Shown here: one piece after another, positions 17,422 to 25,311 of the stretch
Numbering within the stretch: position 1 is the first letter of the stretch
Layout: each line of letters opens with the position of its first letter
From: Chloroflexota bacterium
GTDB taxonomy: Bacteria > Chloroflexota > UBA11872
Length of the DNA stretch: 64,000 nt
Assembly: GCA_963667925.1 (NCBI GenBank)
Contig: OY764080.1
Span: 2,641,310 to 2,705,309, forward strand
Direction of reading: 5' to 3'
Program-made: the position numbers and the translations under genes
The notes under the pieces: generated by a model
The model's database searches: none
Told to the model about the DNA's origin: nothing
Seen by the model: only the letters and a program-made list of their open reading frames with translations

Positions 17422-18237
17422 GTGGTCCTCGATGAGGGCAGGGGCGAATTGACTAACCCGACTCCTATCCTCCAGGTGAGGGACGTCACGAAGGACTTTG
17501 GCGGCGTTCGAGCGGTGGATCGCTGCACCCTGGACGTGTCGCCGGGGACGATCACCGGGCTGATTGGTCCCAACGGCGCCGGAAAAACCACCCTCTTCAA
17601 TCTGGTATCCGGCTCCCTCACCCCGACTAGCGGGCGAATCCTCTTCGACGGAACAGCCATTAGTGGCCTGCAACCGCACCAGACATTCGCGCGTGGCCTG
17701 ATGCGCACCTTCCAGATTCCCAGGGAACTGCGACGCATGACCGTGCTGGAGAATCTGATGCTTGTGCCGGCTCAACAATCTGGCGAGCGCCTTTGGTCGA
17801 TCTGGCTTACACCCTGGAGGGTCGAGAGGCAGGAACGACGGATTCAGGCCCAGGCGCTGGACGTGCTGGAACTCGTGAATCTCGCCCACCTCGCGAATGA
17901 GTTGGCCGGCAATCTGTCGGGAGGCCAGAAGAAGCTTCTGGAGTTGGCTCGGACGCTGATGGCCGAGCCCAAGCTGGTATTGCTTGACGAACCTGGAGCC
18001 GGGATCAACCGCACGCTGCTCCGGGATCTCTCCGCCAACATCGTTCGTGCCAGCGTGGAGCGAAACGTGACGTTCTTCATCATCGAGCACGACATGCGCT
18101 TCGTAATGGCTATGTGCGATCCGGTAATCGTCATGGCCAACGGTGGCGTCATTGCCGAGGGCCCACCCGTCTCGGTCCAGCGAGATCCGAACGTACTCGA
18201 GGCCTACCTGAGCGGTCGCGTCAATGGCCCTGCTTGA
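17422..18237 (+). CDS. livG: Branched-chain amino acid ABC transporter ATP-binding protein (LivG-like)
   Basis: Walker A GPNGAGKTT; ABC signature LSGGQKK; LivG-type C-terminal extension. GTG start at 17422 (approximate). Confidence 0.8.
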   Translation: MVLDEGRGELTNPTPILQVRDVTKDFGGVRAVDRCTLDVSPGTITGLIGPNGAGKTTLFNLVSGSLTPTSGRILFDGTAISGLQPHQTFARGLMRTFQIPRELRRMTVLENLMLVPAQQSGERLWSIWLTPWRVERQERRIQAQALDVLELVNLAHLANELAGNLSGGQKKLLELARTLMAEPKLVLLDEPGAGINRTLLRDLSANIVRASVERNVTFFIIEHDMRFVMAMCDPVIVMANGGVIAEGPPVSVQRDPNVLEAYLSGRVNGPA

Positions 18238-18928
18238 GGCATCCAATGTTGTCGCCGGATACGGCGAGACTGAAATCCTGCACGGAGTTTCCATCGCGGT
18301 GAACACGGGCGAAGTCGTGACGATCATTGGACCCAACGGCTGCGGAAAGTCAACGCTTATGAAGGCGATCGTTGGGCTGGTGCGAGTCCGAGCCGGCTCC
18401 GTGCGCTTTCGCGGCGTGGACATTTCGGAGCACGGCCCCGAGCAGACGGTGCGGAGTGGGCTGTGCTACGTGCCACAGTCGGACAACGTCTTTCCGTCCA
18501 TGACGATTCGAGAAAACCTGGAAATGGGAGCCTTCGTGCGGGACGACGACTTTCGCGACCGAATTGATGAGATGTTTTATCTGTTTCCTGACCTGCGGCG
18601 CAGCGCACGCATGAGAGCAGGAAGGCTGTCTGGTGGTCAGCGTCAGATGCTGGCTATCGCCCGAGCATTGATGCTGGATCCTGTGCTGCTCCTCCTGGAC
18701 GAACCGTCCGCCGGTCTGGCGCCGGGTCTGGTGCACACGGTGTTCGAGCGTATTCGTGATATCAACGAAACCGGTATGTCGATACTGCTGGTAGAGCAAA
18801 ACGCCAGGGAATCACTGCGAATGTCCGACAGGGGCTACGTTCTTTCCGGTGGCGCCAATCAGCTTGAGGACAAAGGCCCGGCCCTGCTCGACAACCCCGA
18901 GGTCGGCCGCCTTTATCTTGGAGGCTAG
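18224..18928 (+). CDS. livF: Branched-chain amino acid ABC transporter ATP-binding protein (LivF-like)
   Basis: Walker A GPNGCGKST; signature LSGGQRQ; overlaps livG by 14 nt. Confidence 0.8.
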   Translation: MALLEASNVVAGYGETEILHGVSIAVNTGEVVTIIGPNGCGKSTLMKAIVGLVRVRAGSVRFRGVDISEHGPEQTVRSGLCYVPQSDNVFPSMTIRENLEMGAFVRDDDFRDRIDEMFYLFPDLRRSARMRAGRLSGGQRQMLAIARALMLDPVLLLLDEPSAGLAPGLVHTVFERIRDINETGMSILLVEQNARESLRMSDRGYVLSGGANQLEDKGPALLDNPEVGRLYLGG

Positions 18929-18938
18929 GACGGTACTC

Positions 18939-19994
18939 ATGCACCATGTGTCGCCACAGCCACAGAACCTGGCAGAGAGCCCGTCGAGTCGTTTGTGGCG
19001 ACTTGGCCTCACACTGTCACCAAACCGAATTGCCGCTTTGATCGTGGCTGGACTTGTGATATTGGGATTCTTGCCCTTCATCAAGTTAGGTCTCGTTGTC
19101 AACGGGCTCGTCTTTGGATCTGTCATCGCACTTGGGGCAATTGGTCTGACTTTGGTCTACGGCATTCTAAAGCTGGGGAACTTCGCTCACGGAGACTACA
19201 TGGCGTTTGGAGCCTATGTAGCCTTCTTCATCGTCGACGGTGTGCTCCCACGAATTGGAATTGAAGGCGCGGGACTTGGTCCATTTACGTTCGGTTTTCC
19301 AGTATTGATTGCCCTTCCGCTCTCGGCAATCGTTGTGGCACTGGGAGCTATCGCCCTCGATCTGGTGATCTACCGCAGACTGCGAGATCGAGGAGCGAGC
19401 ACCGCCATACTCATGATGGCGTCGTTGGGCGTGGCGATTGCCATTCGCGGGCTGGTCCAGCTGATTTGGTCCGGCGACACCCAACACTATCCGAGAGAGT
19501 CGCGACAGGTCTATCACTTGCCAATGGACGTTCGAATCCCTCCAGACGGCGTGTTTGTCGCGGTAGTGGCCGTCATCCTGGTAGTTGGAGTCTATGTGCT
19601 GCTTACCTACACGAAGATGGGCAAAGCCATGCGAGCGACCTCCGACAATCCGTCCCTGGCACTCGTGACTGGAATCAACACAAGGCATGTTGTCTGGTGG
19701 ACATGGGGAATTGGAGGCGCGCTCGCCGCCATCGCGGGCGTACTCCTTGCCGTTGTACAGGCGCAACTGCTTCCAATCATGGGGTGGAAGTTTCTGATAC
19801 CTCTGTTTGCCGCCGTCATCCTCGGCGGGATCGGCAATCCCCAAGGCGCCCTGATCGGAGCCCTGATTGTCGGGGTGAGTATGGAAGTATCAACGCAGTG
19901 GATCAATCCCAGCTATAAGCCGGCCGTCGCATTTGCCATCATGATCGGCGTGCTGTTAGCAAGGCCGCGCGGCATCTTCGGCGAATCACAATAG
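18939..19994 (+). CDS. livH: Branched-chain amino acid ABC transporter permease (LivH-like)
   Basis: Start is ATG 18939, after TGGAGG and just past the livF stop. Multi-TM protein with LivH-family motifs. Confidence 0.8.
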   Translation: MHHVSPQPQNLAESPSSRLWRLGLTLSPNRIAALIVAGLVILGFLPFIKLGLVVNGLVFGSVIALGAIGLTLVYGILKLGNFAHGDYMAFGAYVAFFIVDGVLPRIGIEGAGLGPFTFGFPVLIALPLSAIVVALGAIALDLVIYRRLRDRGASTAILMMASLGVAIAIRGLVQLIWSGDTQHYPRESRQVYHLPMDVRIPPDGVFVAVVAVILVVGVYVLLTYTKMGKAMRATSDNPSLALVTGINTRHVVWWTWGIGGALAAIAGVLLAVVQAQLLPIMGWKFLIPLFAAVILGGIGNPQGALIGALIVGVSMEVSTQWINPSYKPAVAFAIMIGVLLARPRGIFGESQ

Positions 19995-20006
19995 TGGATA
20001 GCTAGC

Positions 20007-21023
20007 ATGGATATCGGCGGAATCATCGACTATTTGATTGGCTTCGCCATCATGGCGATGATCTACGCGATCTTCACGTTGGGCCTAAATGTCCACTGGG
20101 GATACACCGGACTGTTCAATATCGGAATTGCCGGCTTCTTCGCGCTCGGCGCCTACACGGCCGCTCTATTAACGTCACCGCCGCCCGATCGCGAGCAGTT
20201 CGAAGACTTCATCTTCGGCGGCAACCTTGCGGAACGCGGCTTTCTTGACTTGGGAATTGATCTGTGGTTCTTCGTAGGAATCGCGGCAGCCTCCGCTGTT
20301 TGCGGAGTCGTCGCCTTAATTATCGGCACCATCACGTTGCGGCTGAACGACGACTACTTGTCGATTGCCACGCTGGGGATTGCGGAGAGCGTGCGCCTGT
20401 TTTTTCTGAATGAGAAGTGGGCCGCGAATGGTTCCAAAGGGCTTTATCGGATTCCCAAGTTCATGGGTGATCTCATTGCGCCCGAGAGCTATGACTATCT
20501 CTACGTGGTTGTCGTCCTGATCGTCCTGGGAGTCCTCCTCGTGGCAGTGCAGCGTGCCGTCAGATCCCCTTGGGGCCGCGTGCTACGAGCAATCCGCGAG
20601 GACGAAGTGACGACGGCTGCGAGCGGCAAGAACGTCTTTCACTTCAAGCTTCAGTCGTTCGTGTTTGGCGCCATGATCATGGGGATCGGTGGTGCGCTTT
20701 TCGCTCATCACGTCCGATTCTTGTCGCCGCTGACTTTCGATCCGCTCCTTGCCACCTTTGTCATCTGGGCAATGCTGATGGTGGGCGGCTCGGGTAACAA
20801 TTTTGGCGCGGTGCTCGGCGCCTTTGTGGTGTGGGGGGTCTGGGCCGGTACGCAGTTTCTTCCTGGCATCTTCTCCAATCCGAGTTTTCGCCTGCTCATG
20901 ATTGGCGTGCTGATCGTCGCCATCATGCTTCTCAAGCCCGGCGGGCTGCTGGGTGAGTGGCGGCGCATGGTTGTGCGCAGTCCAGCGCCGTCGGCCGCGG
21001 GAGACTCAGGCGAACCCGACTAG
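20007..21023 (+). CDS. livM: Branched-chain amino acid ABC transporter permease (LivM-like)
   Basis: 338 aa. NIGIAGFFALGAYTAA motif typical of LivM. Confidence 0.8.
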   Translation: MDIGGIIDYLIGFAIMAMIYAIFTLGLNVHWGYTGLFNIGIAGFFALGAYTAALLTSPPPDREQFEDFIFGGNLAERGFLDLGIDLWFFVGIAAASAVCGVVALIIGTITLRLNDDYLSIATLGIAESVRLFFLNEKWAANGSKGLYRIPKFMGDLIAPESYDYLYVVVVLIVLGVLLVAVQRAVRSPWGRVLRAIREDEVTTAASGKNVFHFKLQSFVFGAMIMGIGGALFAHHVRFLSPLTFDPLLATFVIWAMLMVGGSGNNFGAVLGAFVVWGVWAGTQFLPGIFSNPSFRLLMIGVLIVAIMLLKPGGLLGEWRRMVVRSPAPSAAGDSGEPD

Positions 21024-21074
21024 TCCGGGCAAGCGCGTTTTGAGCCTGCCGGGGGACGAGGGGGCTACCTGGGC

Positions 21075-21101
21075 AAGGGGCGGCCCAAATGGCCGCCCCT
21101 T
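21075..21101. terminator. Bidirectional hairpin terminator between livM and the convergent livK-like gene
   Basis: aaggggcggcc-caaat-ggccgcccctt: perfect 11-bp GC-rich stem. Confidence 0.7.
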
Positions 21102-21125
21102 GTGGTTGAGTGGAGTGGTTACGAG

Positions 21126-22559
21126 TTAGGGAAGTTCAAACCTCCCGGTAGACGTCACTGCGTCGTCTTCGACGGTCCAGACCTCGATTGGTCCGGACAC
21201 GTCGCCGTTCTCGTCAAAGTCCACAGGGCCGGAGGCGCCCTCGTAGTTGATGTCCTGACCGCTGGCGATCAGGGCCAGGGCCTTCTGGATGCCGGCCGCG
21301 CCGGGGCCAACGACTTCGCCTGGTGGGTTGGCTACCTCGCGCAGCGCGTCGCGGATGGCCACGGAATCGGTGGTGGTGCCGGCCCTGGCGGCCGCGAGCG
21401 CGATCAGCACGACGGCGTCGTACGTCTCGGCCAGATACGGTTCCTGCGGCGCTTCCACGCCGAAGGTGAGGGTGTAGGAGTTGTAGAACGCCTGGCGATC
21501 GGGGCTGTCGGGGGCTCCGGGCGCGGTGCCCAGGGTGCCGTCGAGCTTGCCGCCGCCGATGGCCTGGACCATGTCGTCGGACTTCACACCGTCCACGAAC
21601 AGGAATGTGTCCGCGTAGTCGCCTTCGAGGGCCTCGCGAAGGTAGATCTCCGCCTGGCCCGGATAGCTGACGGTGACCAGGACATCGGGGTTGCCCTCAG
21701 TGGCTTTCTCGAGTTCCGACGTGAACGTCGGCTGGCTGTCCTCGTGCGGTACTGACGCCGTGATCGACCCGCCCAGCTCAGTAAAGGTCTGAGTAAATCG
21801 CTCGGCCAAGCCCTGCCCGTAGGCGTTGTTGATGTACATGATCCCGGCGCTCCTGTAGCCCTGCTCCCAGGCCAGCCGACCGAGGACAACACCCTGCGCC
21901 GCGTCCGAAACTGTTGTTCGGAACAGGAAGTCGTCGTCTTCAAGCGCCGTGATGCTTGGGGCCGTGGACGAGTGCGAGATTTGCAGCGTCTGGTTTGGAG
22001 CCGTCACTGAGGTGGCTACCGGGATGGTCACACCGCTGGCCAACGCACCGACGATGGCTGCGACGCTTTCGACGTCTACCAGGGCACGGGCCGCGTCGAC
22101 GCCCTGCACGGGGTTGACGCCGGTGTCGCGGCTGATGATGACTACGGAGCCGCCCTGGATCCCGCCAGCGCGGTTGACGTGGCTGGCAGCGAGATCGGCG
22201 GCGTTGCCGTGGGACACACCGAAGTAGGACAGCGAACCGGTGAGGGCGTTGAGGTGCCCGATGATCAACGGTGGCAGCGTCTGCGCTTCCTGCATGACTT
22301 CGACGGTGACCTGCCGAATAACTTCGACCGGCTTTTCAACCTCTACAACGCGGACGACTTCCTGAACGACCGGCCGTTCGACTTCGACGGTGACCACACG
22401 TTCGACTTCAACCGTGACGGCCCTTTCGACTTCGACCGTACGTATCACCTCGTTCGGCGTGCTGTCGCTCTCGCCACAGACAGCCAGGACCACGGCGAAC
22501 GCGGTGATGAGTAGCACGAATGCGATTCTGAACTCTCGAGACATCAGATCCCTTTCCAC
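21126..22559 (-). CDS. Branched-chain amino acid ABC transporter substrate-binding lipoprotein (LivK-like) with VEVER repeat linker
   Basis: Signal peptide and lipobox LAVCGES, followed by VEVERAVTVEVERVVTVEVERPVV repeats; type-I periplasmic binding fold. Convergent with livGFHM. Confidence 0.75.
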   Translation of the reverse strand: MERDLMSREFRIAFVLLITAFAVVLAVCGESDSTPNEVIRTVEVERAVTVEVERVVTVEVERPVVQEVVRVVEVEKPVEVIRQVTVEVMQEAQTLPPLIIGHLNALTGSLSYFGVSHGNAADLAASHVNRAGGIQGGSVVIISRDTGVNPVQGVDAARALVDVESVAAIVGALASGVTIPVATSVTAPNQTLQISHSSTAPSITALEDDDFLFRTTVSDAAQGVVLGRLAWEQGYRSAGIMYINNAYGQGLAERFTQTFTELGGSITASVPHEDSQPTFTSELEKATEGNPDVLVTVSYPGQAEIYLREALEGDYADTFLFVDGVKSDDMVQAIGGGKLDGTLGTAPGAPDSPDRQAFYNSYTLTFGVEAPQEPYLAETYDAVVLIALAAARAGTTTDSVAIRDALREVANPPGEVVGPGAAGIQKALALIASGQDINYEGASGPVDFDENGDVSGPIEVWTVEDDAVTSTGRFELP

Positions 22560-22653
22560 GGCAGTTTCGCCAACGTGCGTGATTGCGAATCAGCCCCATC
22601 CACGATCAGCCGGACAGAATGTATTACGCGGCGATAGAGCACAAGCTCGGTAA

Positions 22654-23748
22654 TCATGCGCTCGCCGAGACTGCGGTGGCGGCATCGGCAGCGGCTGCCA
22701 GAATGTCTGCCGCTTCGTCGATCTGCGCGTCGCTGACTTGATGGTGCGTGACCAAGCGGAAGGTGTCTCCGCGAGCACCGCCAACACCGACGCCGTGCCT
22801 GGCGGCCTCCTCGGTGAAGACATCCAGGTCGAGCACGTCCGGATCCCAGGTCACGAAGATCAGGTTTGTGAAGACGGGCGAAACCAGACGCAGGCCGGGC
22901 AAGTCGTCGATGATGTCGCCAAGCTGTTTGGCTCGGCGGTGGTCGTCCGCGAGTCGCCCGGGGCTGTCGCGAAGGGCGATGAGGCCCGCGGCGGCCATTA
23001 CGCCGGCTTGCCGCATTCCGCCGCCGACGAGCTGACGGGTTCGGCGGGCGCGATCGATCAGGTCGCCGGATCCGACAATCATCGAGCCGAAGGGGGCGCC
23101 GAGGCCCTTGGACAGGCAGAACTGGACGGTGTCGGCGCCTTCAGCCAAGTCGGATACCGGAAGGTCCAGAGCGGCGGCGGCGTTGAAGATGCGGGCGCCG
23201 TCGATGTGGATTCGCAGACCGTGGCGCTGGGCCAGATCGGCGAGTTCGCGCATGACCTCGGGGCCCCAGGCCACGCCGCCGCGCCGGTTGTGGGTGTTTT
23301 CGGTCCAGATGATGGCGGGGTTGAGCGAGTGGGTGGTGACGGGTCCGACGTGGGGCTCGATGTCGGCTGGGGTGAGCCAGCCGGGGGTCTGGATGGGGAT
23401 GACGCTGCAGCCGGCCAATGCGGCGAAGCCGCCGGCCTCGGCGAGGGTGACGTGCGACTCGGGATCGACCAGGAGGGTGTCGCCGCGGCGCGAGAGGGTG
23501 AGCAGGCTGACGAGGTTGCCCATGGTGCCGCTGGTGACGAAGAGGGCGGCGTCCTTGCGGAAGAGTTGGGCGGCGAGGTCTTCGAGCTCGCGGACGGTGG
23601 GGTCTTCGCCGCCGAGGTCGTCGCCGACCACGGCCCGGGCCATGGCCTCACGCATCTCTTCGGTGGGCGTGGTTTGGGTGTCGCTGCGGAGTTCGATGCG
23701 AAACGGGGGCACGGGGGCCTCCGGCCAAGGGTGGCGAATGGGGGTCAT
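22654..23748 (-). CDS. ltaE: Low-specificity L-threonine aldolase (PLP-dependent, beta-eliminating-lyase family)
   Basis: Real start is ATG 23748 (MTPIRHPWPEAPVPPFRIELRSDTQTTPTEEMREAMA...). The 184 ORF-track codons upstream of it are a low-complexity artefact of the G-rich tract. Confidence 0.8.
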   Translation of the reverse strand: MTPIRHPWPEAPVPPFRIELRSDTQTTPTEEMREAMARAVVGDDLGGEDPTVRELEDLAAQLFRKDAALFVTSGTMGNLVSLLTLSRRGDTLLVDPESHVTLAEAGGFAALAGCSVIPIQTPGWLTPADIEPHVGPVTTHSLNPAIIWTENTHNRRGGVAWGPEVMRELADLAQRHGLRIHIDGARIFNAAAALDLPVSDLAEGADTVQFCLSKGLGAPFGSMIVGSGDLIDRARRTRQLVGGGMRQAGVMAAAGLIALRDSPGRLADDHRRAKQLGDIIDDLPGLRLVSPVFTNLIFVTWDPDVLDLDVFTEEAARHGVGVGGARGDTFRLVTHHQVSDAQIDEAADILAAAADAATAVSASA

Positions 23749-23816
23749 TCTAGTGGCTGGGGGACGGGGCGCGGGACGATGCGGCGGGGGTGGGAAATGG
23801 GGCTCTCGCGCGCAAT

Positions 23817-23840
23817 AAGAGTTTTTTCCAAAAAACTCTT
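23817..23840. other. Perfect AT-rich hairpin AAGAGTTTTTT-CC-AAAAAACTCTT embedded in the G-rich tract
   Basis: 11-bp perfect inverted repeat. A second imperfect hairpin, ggtgcggc...gctgcacc with an internal T5, lies immediately 3'. Confidence 0.6.
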
Positions 23841-24098
23841 GAGGTGCGGCGGGGGACTTTTTGGCTGCACCGGGGACGGGACGGGCCACGGGCTGTGACG
23901 GACGAATCGGGGGGTAGGTCGGGACGGCAGCGGGGCGCGGGTGGGCGAGGTTTTGGCGGGGTGGCGCGGCGCGGCGAGAGATAGCTTGGGCCGGATTTTT
24001 TGGGCGGGTTGGCGAGGGAGGTTGGGGTTGGGAGGGGGTGGCTAGACGGTGCCGGGGACGCTGAGGGCGTGGGCGTGGTGCGGGGGTGGGGCGGTGAA

Positions 24099-24206
24099 GG
24101 AAGGGGAGACGGAAGAGGGCAGAGAAGTGGAAGCGGAAGGGGAGAGGTGAGAGGGCAGAGGAGTGAGATCGGAAGGGGACAGGGAGGGAGCGAGGTACGA
24201 GAAGTT
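24099..24206 (+). repeat. ~36-bp imperfect tandem repeat, about 3 copies (ggaaggggagaNgNNagagggcagagNagtgNaNNc)
   Basis: Units at 24099-24134 and 24135-24170, plus a partial third from 24171. Confidence 0.6.
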
Positions 24207-24469
24207 CGAGGTGGGGGAGGAGGCGGTGGAGGAGCGGGGCGGTGGTGGACATGTGGGAGTGGTTGTGAGATATACTCAGATAGTGTACATTGTTTGACAA
24301 GGGAAGGCGAGGGGAAGGAGTGAGCTGAGAGGGGAGGTCGAGCGCCTGGCAGGCGGGGAGATCGGGGTGGCAGGTGGCGCTGGGGGCGTGGGTTGCTGCT
24401 GGGTCCCGGCCGCGGACGCCGGGATGACGGGGGCGGGGAGGGCGCGGGACGAGGGTTAGGGGCAGTTTG

Positions 24470-24523
24470 GGATGTGTTCAGTGGGTTGGGTGGATGTGTT
24501 CACTTTTGAGGGGGATGTGTCCA
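24470..24523 (+). promoter_or_regulatory. Three direct repeats GGATGTGT(T/C)CA spaced 22 and 21 bp apart (iteron-like candidate binding sites)
   Basis: Copies at 24470-24480, 24492-24502 and 24513-24523. The two-helical-turn spacing places them on one DNA face. They lie ~315 bp upstream of the 24838 gene. Confidence 0.45.
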
Positions 24524-24837
24524 GTGCTCGGCGGGCGCCAGGGATGGCGGGGGCTGGCAATGACGGCAGCGCAGGCAATGAAATCAGTGCATGCGTTGCT
24601 GGTGGTGCGGGCAACGCTGGATGGGGTGGCGGGGCGGCGGACTCAACGCCGGGCTGCGGGCAAACGCTCGGCACGGGTTGCGGCGGCTAGAATTGAGGCA
24701 GCATTAAAGGGGCGGCCCCGGTGCGTGCAGCGGGGACGGTTTGAAGTTCGGTCGGCGACTACGCCGTCACAACGAAGGGGCGCCCACATGCGACGACTGA
24801 TCCAGAGCCGAACAGGCACAGGCTTTCGGGGAACCCG

Positions 24838-25122
24838 ATGACGGCCGACCTGTCCGCGCTCGACATCGTGCGACGATTGACGGCGATTGAGGCCACGCTG
24901 CCGACGTTCGCGACCAAGGCCGACATTCACTCGCTGCGAGCGGATATCCAGGTGATGCGGTCGGAGTGGAAGGCTGACCTTGGCGAAATGAAGGCCGACC
25001 TGCACGCGCGGGAGGCGCGGCTGATCAAGTGGATTGCGGGGCTGGTGGTGGCCGGGGCGGCCGCCGCGGCTGGGGTTGCGATTGCGGTCAACCAGATTGT
25101 CGGGCCTGGGGTTGGGGGCTGA
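24838..25122 (+). CDS. Small coiled-coil protein with C-terminal transmembrane anchor (XhlA/DUF1640-like)
   Basis: 94 aa. N-terminal heptad-rich coiled coil (ADIHSLRADIQVMRSEWKADLGEMKADLHAREARLIKW), then hydrophobic IAGLVVAGAAAAAGVAIAV. Confidence 0.55.
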   Translation: MTADLSALDIVRRLTAIEATLPTFATKADIHSLRADIQVMRSEWKADLGEMKADLHAREARLIKWIAGLVVAGAAAAAGVAIAVNQIVGPGVGG

Positions 25123-25311
25123 TGGGGGCATTCGCAGGAAGCGGCGCGAACGAACGCGGAAGGCCTCAGAATGATTCAGCGCGGCGGGTCATAGGGCAGC
25201 AGAGGATGTCGGCGGTACACTTGACCATGGTCAGGAGGGTCACGGCTAGCAGACCCGCGGGATTCGTCCCCCTGGCCACGTTCTTTTCTCAGCGCCAGCC
25301 CTGAGGTAGCC

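Larger units (their letters stand above)
23750..24440 (+). repeat. G/A-rich, strongly strand-asymmetric low-complexity tract (G-quadruplex-prone GGG runs)
   Basis: Plus strand dominated by runs such as ggggtgggaaatgggg and ggttggggttgggagggggtgg. Any ORFs here are Gly/Arg low-complexity artefacts. Confidence 0.7.

Noticed and set aside
17416-18423. 335-aa minus-strand ORF antisense to livG/livF
   Set aside because: Shadow ORF opposite a well-supported ABC ATPase gene.
24099-24206. Possible CRISPR array
   Set aside because: Repeats are purine-only, directly abutting tandem units with no unique spacers, and not palindromic. This is a simple tandem repeat, not CRISPR.
23749-24300. N-terminal 184 codons of the ORF-track 548-aa threonine aldolase ORF, and the overlapping Gly/Arg-rich ORF 24000-24323
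   Set aside because: Both are translations of the G-rich low-complexity tract (poly-Pro/Arg/His or poly-Gly/Arg). The aldolase has a clean start at ATG 23748 matching family N-termini.
24262-24300. TTGACA and TATACT hexamers in the AT-rich patch at the edge of the G-rich tract
   Set aside because: The order and spacing do not form a sigma70 promoter on either strand for an adjacent gene (-10-like precedes -35-like on plus; no good match on minus).
24467-24841. 124-aa Arg-rich ORF overlapping the direct repeats and ending in an ATGA overlap with the 24838 gene
   Set aside because: Composition is extremely basic and low-complexity, and it lies in G-rich DNA. Kept only as a remote possibility, noted under the direct-repeat finding.
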